A stretch of DNA of 64,000 bases from Rhizophagus irregularis (lineage: Eukaryota): positions 3,968,001 through 4,032,000 of the forward strand of contig NC_089434.1 of NCBI RefSeq assembly GCF_026210795.1, read 5' to 3'. This document shows positions 37,916-48,944 of this stretch, piece by piece (the stretch's first letter is position 1; the number at the start of each line of letters is the position of its first letter). The position numbers were made by a program, and so were the translations under genes. The notes under the pieces are model-generated. The model was not told where the DNA came from, ran no database searches, and saw only the letters and a list, made by a program, of their open reading frames with translations.

Positions 37916-38839
37916 TATTTCGGAGCGTAAAAATTAGTAAAATTAACAATTAAGACAAGACGTATCTTTTAACAAACAAAGAATTGAAAAACACTTTTAT
38001 ATACTTGTATTTAATACTCCATAAAAAAATAGTCTTTATTTGTATTTATTGTTGTTCTTTTAATATTAATAAAAATAATTGGTATTTCTATTTCTGTTTG
38101 AAGACAAGACAGAATATAAAATAGCCCAATTTTCGGTCGGTTTGAAGTTTAATTTGATTGGTCTGATCTGTTTGTGCAACACAGCTGAATTCCGAACTTT
38201 TCAACCTAACTTTTTTTAGTTCGACCGAAAATAATATCCAATCAGAAATGTGAGGTATTAAGGGGTAAACACATTTTCACGCGTTCCTTTAAAGTTCGAA
38301 ATTTTACTGGCTAAATTTTGGTAGTACAAAACTGACCGAAAAATACTAATATTTTATTTATTTACAAAAAAAAAATAACACGTAATTGATCAGATTGATC
38401 AGGTGGTGGACTGGTGGTAGTTTTTCACGCCGCGTGACGTCATATACGTTATAAAAGAATTCTGTTTTTCTGTTTTTCATTTTTTTTTTTTTCATTTCAT
38501 ACTTTCATACCGCTTAATCCTGTTTTACATTTTTAATATCTCATACTATTATATTCAAAATAATAATACGTTTGTTATATATTTTATATTCTTCTATTTT
38601 TTATTTTTATTTCTTATATTTATTATTTCAAGAATATAAGATTTTTTAATAACTAAAAGAGTCTTGTTATTTTCTCGTGACTCGTGAGTGTTTCAAAATT
38701 TATTGTTTAAAGTTCCTTGTACTAACAACAACTTTTACCTCTAGATAACCTCTAAAACATCTTATTAACAAGAATAAAATTTATTGTAAGAAACCGCATA
38801 TCGATCACGTAATTTTCTCTATTTCACCGAAAAAAAGAA

Positions 38840-39097
38840 ATGACGTCGTCGTTACCAGAATTCTTAACCAACTTGAAGCACTCAACAATTTTTCACGTAT
38901 TTTTTACGTCGGCAGTCGCATTTATCGTTGCGTTTACACTTGACCTGTTTTTTTCAAATTTGTCCTTTTACGTCAGTTATTTGGAGAACTTGTATTATTT
39001 GCATTATTGGGTATTGCCTAACAAAGAAGCAAGAGACCGTGGCCGTGGCCGTGGTCGCCGTGGTCGTGGTCGCGGTCGTGGTAGGAGAAGAAGATAA
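38840..39097 (+). CDS. Small protein (85 aa) with a hydrophobic segment and an Arg/Gly-rich C-terminal tail
   Basis: ATG after an A-rich leader; IFHVFFTSAVAFIVAFTLDLFF is hydrophobic; tail RDRGRGRGRRGRGRGRGRRRR. TATAAAAG at about 38450 and a possible 5' UTR intron (GTGAGT near 38683 to CTCTAG near 38744). Confidence 0.5.
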   Translation: MTSSLPEFLTNLKHSTIFHVFFTSAVAFIVAFTLDLFFSNLSFYVSYLENLYYLHYWVLPNKEARDRGRGRGRRGRGRGRGRRRR

Positions 39098-39854
39098 AAA
39101 ATGAATGAAATATTTTAACGTTGGGTTGGGTTTTTTTTGTCTTCACGATTTGAAATTTGAATCGTAATTGTAATTGGGATGATATTTTTATTTTATTTTA
39201 TTTTAGTAAGTGGGAAGATAGCGGGTGATTAATTACATATATTGAATAAATTACAATTACGAGCTAAATAATATATACGTGTAAAGTTCATTTCTTAAAT
39301 TTTTAAAATATCAGTTACTCAGTTGGTTCACAATATCAACTACTTAAAAAATAATTTTTTCGTTAAATAATCGCCTTACTAAATCAATACTCAAATTGAT
39401 ATTGTGATCCACTAAAAATTATTCTGTGATGCTTCTGATCTTGAAAAAATAAATTTTCAGTTAACCCTAAAATTTTTCTATTTTAAACGTAATTCCGAAA
39501 GTTACTATTTAAAATTAAGTCTCTACTAGAGTTTTAGATCCGACCTTCGACATTCTCCGGTTCGGATTTGACACCGGGAGATGGCTTCATCCGAATTTAT
39601 TATATCCGGTTTTATTCGTTTCGTCCATAAGTTTATTACCACATCTATAAACTAAAAATTTGTCCGAATTGGCCTTTGTGATTAGACCATAAATGTAATA
39701 AAATTTTTATTTATATTGTTCATACAGTATATACATCGTTTTCCTAACTATATTATACTAAAATCTGGTGGAAATATGGGAAAATATGTATTTTACGTTT
39801 TAAATATAAAATTCGATCAAGTAAATCGGGAGCCAATCAGTGTTCTTTTTGCAG

Positions 39855-40450
39855 AAATGTGATTACCAGCATCAGAGCAGAGCCGTTCGCTTGGTACAGA
39901 TGTGGAGGGAATTGCGTGCTACCCTCCACCATACCAAAGGATCTGTACTTTTCGGTTCATCACACCGCAAGATCATTAGTACCTGTTTGTGTTAACTGTT
40001 GATTACTGGCCCACATCCTTTCAAATCAACATCATCATCATCCAAAATGGGTGATCTAGCTTCCTCTGGAAGTTCCAAATCATGCTTGAGCTGAGTATAG
40101 AGGTTACTTAAAGAGATTCAGCTCGTGTTTTTTTCCTCATGATGTAAATCTTCCACAAATAGGAAGCTTTTCATTCAGGGATCTAAGATCGTCGCGACAA
40201 ATGGTAATTCGCTTGGCAATCCCAATGTGTCTCTAAAGAAAGTAGATAGCTGCACGAACTTTCTTAAGACTATTTTCCGGAGGAAGATACTAAACTAGGT
40301 TTATGTCTTCAAGAGAATGCTGAAGATGATACAAGTGATTCAAGTTCTGTTAGTAGTGATGATGATATTTCAACTGCTGGAAATCAACATTGGCAACATA
40401 TGGGTCGAGGTCGTGATCGTGATCGTGATCGTGGTCGTAGCCATAGCTAG
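39855..40450 (+). pseudogene. Degenerate coding relic ending in an acidic/Ser stretch and a GR/DR repeat tail
   Basis: Terminal frame ENAEDDTSDSSSVSSDDDISTAGNQHWQHMGRGRDRDRDRGRSHS*; upstream frames are broken by stops. Confidence 0.3.
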
Positions 40451-40719
40451 ACATACGTGTCCCTCTATTTTCTTGGGAGTGATTTGATAACTTTGATCTC
40501 TACCTTTTTTAAGCCTCTACAATAAGTTTTGATCGAACTACATCTTCTTGAAGCATCGATTGAATTGTCTTGAAGAACATGGGTAATTAATATAGTGATC
40601 TAGCAACTGATCTTAATTAAGATTTCACGGAGTCGTCCTGCCTGTTATTTAAAACAATTTGAGGCGTGACCTAATTTCTATTTTCTATATCGTAACTGGT
40701 AAGATCCAGGAGATAAAGA

Positions 40720-42525
40720 AATAATAAATCTATCTAAAACATAAAAAGAAAAAAAAAGAATACAAAGTAAAAAAAATAAATTGCATTCTATAAAATTGTT
40801 CCGAAGCATTATAAGAATTTAAGAAGGAAGTTCATCCACCCGTGTGTAAATAATTTGATGTAATATAACCCAAAATTGCCATTATACTGGAAAGATTTCA
40901 ACCATTGTATTCTAGTCATGCGATAAGTGTGCGATCATGGTCGTTGGCGCGGTATCTGGACGCGCGAATATTAAAGATTGATCCATCGTACGTTGTTTCT
41001 TTATATTTTTGTGTCTCTCGTAGTATAATTTTTTCTTGCGTGTGGTAATGCCTCGGCTGTGTTCCCAATCTTTGAGTTTATACATATGCTCCTTCCAAAT
41101 GAGTCTATCCAGACGAGCCATGATGTTAGTGAGGAATGAAGTTAACACTTGTTTGACTAGTGAAAATTTCCGCAAATATCGGTGTAATAAATCCGAAAGT
41201 GAAATGGGAATAAATTGGTTTATGAGGAGGTAAATTTCATGTTCGGAGTCGAAGATCGGAGTATAGTTAATATCTTCATCAAGGAAATAGGTGATGGTAT
41301 TGTCCGAGACTTTGTCCAGGATGATTTCGTGATGCGTGTTAAATTCCAATTTATGTCGGTGCGTTGAAAATGATTAAGCATGAGTTGTAGTGGTTTATTG
41401 TGAGTGTAAGAATTAAATGTAAAAGCTTCGGATACATGAGTGGCGTATTTGCTTATATCGCGGTCTATAGGTACAATGTTGGCGTTATTAAAGTGATCTT
41501 GTTTAGCTAACTCATCCGCTAAATCATTGTAAGGACTTTGATCTTCGTAAATTTGAGGTTAATTTGTTTCAAGTCTATTAGTAAAATAACTAAACGCCAT
41601 ATGCTGTGGTTGTTGATTTTACGTTCTGAAAATAATTTGTTTGCCGTTTTGTAATAAGAGAGATAATATTTTGAGAATCCGTAAAGATGTGTACGTTACT
41701 ATGATCGGGAGAACATATGATAGCCGTTAGGAGTCCATATCATTCTGCTTTACAAGAAGATGGTGTAAAAACGGTTTTTCCTTTGTAAGTAATGGACAGG
41801 AGAGGGTGTGATGATATTTCTGCCCATCCGTGGTAACTCGTTGATTATCAACGGTACGTGTGATCAGTGATCCGTCGGTATAGAATTTGAGATCTTTTTT
41901 TGTGTGATGTTGATTTCAAAAAATTATGATGTTCTTCAGATCCAATAAAACATTGGTCTATGTGATAGGGTGACGTAGTTTTAAGATTAAGGTTGTTGTA
42001 TTGGTCTTGCGTCGTAGGTTCATTATTTTATTCTTAAAGAGTGGTTATATGAGTCTCGTGGGGAGTAGGATCCATAATTTATATGCGTTAAAATAAAAAC
42101 TAAGGTTTTAAGTGTTAATAATGAGGAGACCGGGAATATGGATTTCATTTTAGGAACTCTGATATTGGTATACGGGTGATAGTGTTTCGTGTGAACCGAT
42201 AATTTGAATAGAGTTGATGTTATACATTTTGGACGTAAGTCGCGAAACGCGGTAATGTGGTACATGTTTCTGGCAACCTGCCGTTAAATGATTTTCCTGT
42301 TCGTGTTGTAATGGTATATTGATACAGTATAGTGTTCGCAGTACGTAATCGATAGTGCACCGGTGTGATTAACTTTAACTTTGTTCGACAGTTTTACCAT
42401 ATATTCGTTCGTTGGTAAATTCGTCCCAAGTGACGGTCCATTCGTTGGTTGGTCTATGATATACATCACTGCGTATGCGGGGAGTTTATAAAGTAAGTTG
42501 TTAATAGTAGGGGGTTGGTTAATCT
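40720..42525 (-). mobile_element. Degenerate non-LTR retrotransposon 3' portion with RNase H domain
   Basis: Minus-strand motifs FYTDGSL (about 41865-41885), PSSCKAE, HIFTDSQNII and YNDLADELAK carry the RNase H D-E-D-D residues. The C-terminal piece IWKEHMYKLKDWE...KKK (ORF 40912-41349) follows. Many frameshifts. Confidence 0.85.
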
Positions 42526-43180
42526 AAAAAAAAAAAAAATTTAAATTTCGGGGGAAAGCTCTTATTTATATAAATTATGTATCACGTGCATCACGTGATA
42601 TAATCCGCAGTTCGAATGCTATTTTACTTTTTTTCATTCTTCCCTTTTCCTTCGTTCGCCCTTTCACTTCCCTTCGTACCTTTCGTCTCTCCCTCGTTCT
42701 TCCTCTTCCTTTTCTTCTTCTCTCGCACTTTTTGTTGAAAAAATATGTTTTCTCCTTAGATGCGAACTGTCTTTTTTTTTTAATTGTTTGAGCTAATTCT
42801 AATACTTGGTTTTCTTACTTTCTTTTAGACGACTTGGTTCTTCGGTTATTTTGACGCGTGGGAATAAAATGGGAAATTTTTTACATTTAAAAAATTTTAA
42901 GTCGTTAGCAAAGATATATACAAATTTTAAAGTATAAATAACGAAATTTATAATTAATTTTTGAATATTAAATGCCATCATTTGATCCAAGTAGTTTGTG
43001 GGAAATATTTATTATCTTCTTGAATTCCATAACCTACTTGTTTTATTTATTTGTACGTCGTACCTTCTTTACTACTGATAATTTAGCCGTAAGAAATCTT
43101 TTATGACGATCTAACTATAGTAACTTTTACAAATTCTTAACTAATCATGCATTTACTCTCCGTGTAAAGTTAACCGTTAT

Positions 43181-43628
43181 TAGGGATGGCAACGGTCGGT
43201 CATGGTCGGTCATCGGTCAGTCATAACCGGTCAAGAACCTTTGACCGACCGACCGACCGTTTGACCGACCGACCGACCGACCGTTTGACCGACCGGTCTG
43301 ACCGACCGGTTAACCGACCGTTTGACCGACTGGTTAACCGATCCTGAAAACGTTTGCGAAACGTAATTTAATTGAAATACTTAATAAAAAACGTTTTCGC
43401 AACGTTTTCTATTAAAATAATTAAAAAAACGTTTGCGAAACATTTTTTTTATTAAATTACGTTTCGCAAACGTTTTCAGGATCGGTTAAACGGTCAGTCA
43501 AACGGTCGGTTAACCGGTCGGTCAGACCGGTCGGTCAAACGGTCAGTCAGAGGTCTTTGACTGACCGATATCGGTCACGGTCATGACCGGTCATAACCGG
43601 TTAATGACCGTGACCGTTGCCATCCCTA
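43181..43628. mobile_element. hAT-family MITE, almost fully palindromic
   Basis: TIR TAGGGATGGCAACGGTC ... GACCGTTGCCATCCCTA (Ac/Ds-like TAGGGATG start), perfect 8-bp TSD ACCGTTAT (43173-43180, 43629-43636), and dense GACC/GGTC subterminal repeats. Confidence 0.95.
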
Positions 43629-44329
43629 ACCGTTATAGAAAAAATGTATAATTGAATACCCTTATTTAGTAACAAGAGGTCATTTTATGGGGGAGATTGA
43701 AAGATCTTTTAAGTGAAAGTTATTGTAAAAAAAAAAAGTGACTTCAATTTATAAATATACAAATTGTTGATCTCTCCTTTATAAACAAGCTTCGTTAAAA
43801 ATAAATAGATTTTTTAAATCTAGCTTTTTCTTGAATAAAATGAATAAACAATTGATGTTTCTATTTATAATGAGTAAATTAAGTGTAGAGAAATGGCAAA
43901 TTTCGGTTTATTATAAGTTAAAATAGTATAATAGTAAAAATTTAAGGGAATTGCTAAACGTCGCCTGGGCGATTGTCGCCTGGTTTTTTTTTCAAATATG
44001 TCACATGATGTACAATATATAGAGTAAATTTATTAATCTGATTTTTTTTAACTTAGCTAATTTTTGATCGGCTAAACTTAAATTTTAATATTTGCAAATA
44101 AAATTTCATTAGATAAGATTATTTCGAATAAATATGTTTGCAAAAAATTTTTTTTTAAAAAATATCTTTTGCGATAAAATTTTAAGTCACACATTTACAA
44201 TTTTAAAGAAAAAAATCGTATTTTTGATGAATTGATACAAATAAAAGAAACAATAACAATAAATAAAAAAGATAAGTAAATTACAATGATCAAGGAGAAA
44301 GATGCTAATAAAAAAATGAAATAACAATG

Positions 44330-44795
44330 GAGTAATGGAAAGTAATAGAAGATGAAAGGAAGTAAAAAAGAGTAGTGAGAAGTGATAGGAAACAAAATGG
44401 AGAAATAGGGCATGATGGTAGACGAAAAGGTGTGATGGGAGACGAAAAGGTGTGATGAGACGATAAAGAGGAGTGATGGGAGACGAAAATGAATGATGAG
44501 AAGATGAAGAAAAGTAATGGGAAGATAAAGAGGAGTGATGAGAAGATGAGGATGAGTGATGGAAGATGAAAGGAGTAATGGGAAGATGAAGAGGGGTGAT
44601 GGAAAGATAAAGAGGAGTGATGGGATATGAAAGGATGAAAAGGAGTGATGGGAGACGAAAAGGAGTGATAGGAGACGAAAAGAAGTGATGAGAAGATGAA
44701 GATGAGTGATGGGAGACGAAAATGAGTAATGAGAAGATGAAGAAAAGTAATGGGAGACGAAAAGAAGCGATGGGAGTCAAAAAAATGATGGGAAG
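44330..44795. repeat. Purine-rich ~20-bp minisatellite
   Basis: Repeated variants of GAGTGATGGGAGACGAAAAG. Confidence 0.85.
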
Positions 44796-45986
44796 TAGTA
44801 TTTGTTAGATACAAAAGTATTCTTGTATGATTATGAAGTTGAAAATATATTAATTCTCGATAAGTAAAATTGATCTGATAATACTGTAAAGGGGACTAGT
44901 CGCTTGTGACTTTGACGGTCATTACAATAGTCTATTAGTATGATAATGTTTGAGATTAGTATAATGAGTGTCGTATTTACGTGAAAATTTTTTTATTTAT
45001 ATTTAAAATAAAAAGGACTAGATAGAGCATGAATTTACAAATTGATTAATTTTTAGTTGATTTATCATATATTAAATTATTATATGATTAGATCAAATCG
45101 TCAAAAATATCAATCATATTATTTTATCGTATGAAAAGGCCATGATCCGCTATTTTGTGAGAATAAATTTTTTACTGGTTTGTAAATAATGAATAACTTT
45201 TTAAGATACATATGTTAAAATACAACTAATTTTATTTGTACAATAAATAAGAAAACCGAATTAAATAAAATATATTATACAATTGAATTTTAAAATAATA
45301 AATATTGCTATAATTTATAATTTTCGAAAACTTATGAAGAAATATTAGATCTGCATTCCTCATTAAAGATCAATATAGGATTATAGATTAAGCGCATTAT
45401 TATTTATCATGGCTTGAATCGCCAAATGCATTATTTTGACGTTAGAAAAAATTTTTTTTTAGAATCTTCTAAAATTTCAAAGGAAATAATTGGTTCTTTA
45501 AATAAAGAAACATTATTTTTATCGATCAGAAATTTTCAACAAAGATTATTCTGCAGATTTCAGGATTTCCAGATGACTTTTTATTCAAAATTATTCTATT
45601 CTTTATTAATAAATTCTTTAAGTAAATTGATTATATGCATAAAGTCATTTAATTTAATTGATTGAATCTGAAAAAAAATGGTTTCCCTATAAGAAATATG
45701 TATACGGAAAGGATACGTTTTGTATACATTTTATGTAAGTTTCTATAGATTCCGTATACAAATTCCGTATATTTAATAAGCAATTCATTTTTGAACATTT
45801 TTTAAAAAAACTAATGTATACGGAAAAAATTAATCATACGGAATGTATACGGAATTTTTAAACTTAATATTTTTAGAAAATAATTTTCACAAAAATCTCG
45901 TATCAATGTATCATAACACGAGATCACGTGATTGTTTATTGTTTTGTTATTTGTTTTTTATATAAATTGATGAGTTTGATCTTCCG

Positions 45987-47093
45987 GGACAATTAAAAAA
46001 ACTCTTTCCTCTTTCCGTCTGGAATTTATTATTCCGCAGTATTCAAAAACACAAAATACCTTTCTGCTCTAGATAGGGTAGGAGGTGGGTCCTTTTTGGA
46101 CTCGGCGGTTAGTGGTTAAAGAACTTTACTACACTTTACTACACTCTACTCACAACTATGGTCCTGGAACCCTCGGCCTTTCCGCTTATACTCGACGCTC
46201 CCAACTACGGCAAAATACTTTTTGGCTTTCCTTCCTTTAGAGAAACGGGCTTACTTAAACACAACCTTTATAAACTTCAACAACGGCTACTTAACCCTGA
46301 GAATATTCCCAGGAAAAAGAAGACTTCTTTATATAGGGTCTCTTCACGTCACCTAGAACTTTGGATAGAAGACACTTTCGTTCGAAACTTTGACCAACAT
46401 GCCTTCGACGCTTTGGCGTTCGCATGGTCACGTGCTAAACGCGACAACTTACCTTTTATGGCTGCATGTAATGTGCATTTCAAGAAACACAAAATCAAAC
46501 CAACACCAATTAAATTTCACGGTACACGAACTCTAACTTCCCATATCAAGATGACCTACCGCGTGGAACATTACCTTCCAATGGTTTGGCAAAAACAACC
46601 ACGTGATTACACAAAAAAAGAAAAAATTTTTAAGGATACTTTTTACTCCTTACAGCGTTGGTTATTAGAACTAATACTGCGCTTTTTACACCTATTATCC
46701 AATCATACGGTTGCAACTGAGTCACTTACTAAACACCTTTGGACTCGATCATATAGGTGGCACCTTTATTCGACTCTCCGACCAGAGGACCTCCATACCC
46801 CGTATTCTCTAAACGAAGGTTTAGTTTATTATTCGAATATACACAAATATATAGTTACTTTGTTTTTGTTTTTTGTTTTTATTATCCCCTAAGTCCAAAT
46901 TCCCTCGTGTAAGATGGTGGGACAGCTTCGGTTCGACCTCCATAGGCCTATTTTTTCGCACCAGGGTGGCACTGGCTACGGTCGGTTTGATTTCAGCGTG
47001 GTATAGGATAGCGTTTGACCCTTTTTATAAGTGTTCTTGTCTATCTTTCTGTAATCTAGTTCACATGGTTAATAAAAATAAAAATAAAAATAA
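45987..47093 (+). mobile_element. Retroposed 1.1-kb non-autonomous non-LTR element
   Basis: Perfect 17-bp TSD ATGAGTTTGATCTTCCG at 45970-45986 and 47094-47110, a 3' tail of (TAAAAA)n, and higher GC than the flanks. Confidence 0.9.
46158..46892 (+). CDS. 244-aa basic protein of unknown function encoded within the retroposed element
   Basis: Uninterrupted ATG-initiated ORF of non-repetitive composition; no RT, endonuclease or RNase H motif recognised. Confidence 0.55.
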   Translation: MVLEPSAFPLILDAPNYGKILFGFPSFRETGLLKHNLYKLQQRLLNPENIPRKKKTSLYRVSSRHLELWIEDTFVRNFDQHAFDALAFAWSRAKRDNLPFMAACNVHFKKHKIKPTPIKFHGTRTLTSHIKMTYRVEHYLPMVWQKQPRDYTKKEKIFKDTFYSLQRWLLELILRFLHLLSNHTVATESLTKHLWTRSYRWHLYSTLRPEDLHTPYSLNEGLVYYSNIHKYIVTLFLFFVFIIP

Positions 47094-48722
47094 ATGAGTT
47101 TGATCTTCCGATCTTCCTTTCTGTCTTTCCTTTTCTTCTCTTTTCTCTTGTCTTATTTTTGTTATTTTTTCTAAATTTTTCTTCTTTTTTCGTCACCCCC
47201 CTTAAAAAAAAATTTTTTTTTTCGTACCTCACTTTAAAAATTTTTCTTTTTCATCACTCCTTTAAAAAAAAAATTTTTTTGATTTTATTCTTTTATTCCC
47301 ACTCTTCTAAAAATTTTCTTCTTTCTATTTCTATTTCCTCTTTATAAAAAATTTTTTATTTTTCTAACTTTGACGTCCTCCCTTTAAAAAAAAAATTTTT
47401 TTTAACTCTCCTAACTTCGTTACCCTCTTTTTAAAAAAATATTTTTTTTTGATTTATTCTTTATTCCCCTTTCTTTTTTATTTATATTTATCCCTTTTTT
47501 TATTTCATAGGCCAGCAGATTTTTTTTTGTGAGAAGATTCAGTTTTTTTGTAGATCAGTTTGGGAGTCCTTTCCTTTTTGTAGGATTGTTCAGGATTTTT
47601 TTCTTTTTTTAGGTCAGTTCAAATTTTCTTTTTTTTTTTTTTGTAAGTTGGGTTCAGATTCTTTTCTTTTTGTAGGTTGTTTCAGTTTTGTTGCTTCAGA
47701 GTCTTCTTTTTTTGTAGGTCAGTTTTGGATTTATTTTGTTGTTTTGGTTTCTTTTTCATCAGATGTTTCATAATTCTTTTCACTTATGTAGGTCAGACAT
47801 TCTGGAGTTCTCTTTCTTTTTTTGTAGGAATGCTGACCTTTGGTGACTTGGACGATTGCATATATGAAGGGGGGGTTTTGTTTCCAATTAAGTTAGACGT
47901 TCTTTTTTGTTTTTTTTAGGTTGTTTGACTCCAAATGAACCTGAACTTATAGATAATTTTGGTTGCAATAGGTGGCCTTAATAAGGAGGGAATTTTCATA
48001 ATGTATTTGTATTTTGTTTATTTTTTATTTTTTATTTAATTTAATAAAGTAAAATTAGATTTATGTAAATATAATTATAGTAAACTGTAATACAAATAGT
48101 AAATTCAGTGACCAAATCGTATAAATTTCGTGATAAAATCAGTGATCAAATCATGTAAATTCCATATGAATTTCGTGCAAATTCCGTATCCAAACCATAT
48201 TTTCAGTGATACGGAATTGTGCATTTTTCCGTATCCTATTATGATACGTTATTTCTAAGGAAAAAAAATCGTATAAAAACTTTATAAAAAACGTATCTAA
48301 TTTTTTTTATAGGGTTTAAAATATATTATTTTGTTAAGAAAAAAATTTTTAAGCTCTTTGATAAAAAACTTAGACTTAAGTATCAGTCGGTCTGTTCTCC
48401 AGTCCTCCTTTTTTGTATATATTGTATAATTTATATTATCGATAGAAGTGTTCATTGTTTAAAAAATTTATATATATTAATCGATTTTCAACCTATTAAA
48501 ATTTAATCCAAAAAAAATATTTTGATCAAGCAGTATATGTTTATCAAATAAATCACATTTAATTTTAATTTTCCAATATATTCGGAGGGACCGCGATAGT
48601 AAATTTAAAAATATATTAGTGGAAAGAAGAACTCGAAATTCTTTTGAATTTTAGCGGTTACGGAAACCGCAGATTCAAACAATTACCAGAAAAGAAATTA
48701 CCTTTACTATTACCACCTCAAC

Positions 48723-48944
48723 AGGACCCGAGCTATACATAAAAAGGTAGGGTAAGGGTTTGCGTAGAATTGACCAAAATAATCATGTAGATCTTTCCTT
48801 TTATAGATAATTCCGGCCGGAATTTATTTCCTTCTTTAGACGCTGACTGGCATTATCATAATTCCGGCCCTGAAAAAATGCGTAGAGCTAATAGTAAATT
48901 TTTTTTGGCTGCACCTTACCTCTATATATATAGCTCGGGGTCCT
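48723..48944. mobile_element. MITE with 8-bp TSD
   Basis: ACCTCAAC|AGGACCCGAGCTATA ... TATAGCTCGGGGTCCT|ACCTCAAC. Confidence 0.85.

Larger units (their letters stand above)
45685..48314. mobile_element. Non-autonomous CCCT...AGGG TIR element with probable 3-bp TSD (CMC/EnSpm-like), carrying a retroposed insert
   Basis: TTT|CCCTATAAGAAA ... TTTTTTATAGGG|TTT, with TACGGAA/TTCCGTA subterminal repeats at both ends; same style of termini as 31668-31853. Confidence 0.7.

Noticed and set aside
44187..44814. Ser/His/Phe-rich minus-strand ORFs up to 197 aa
   Set aside because: Overlapping open frames arise from the purine minisatellite, which lacks stops on that strand.
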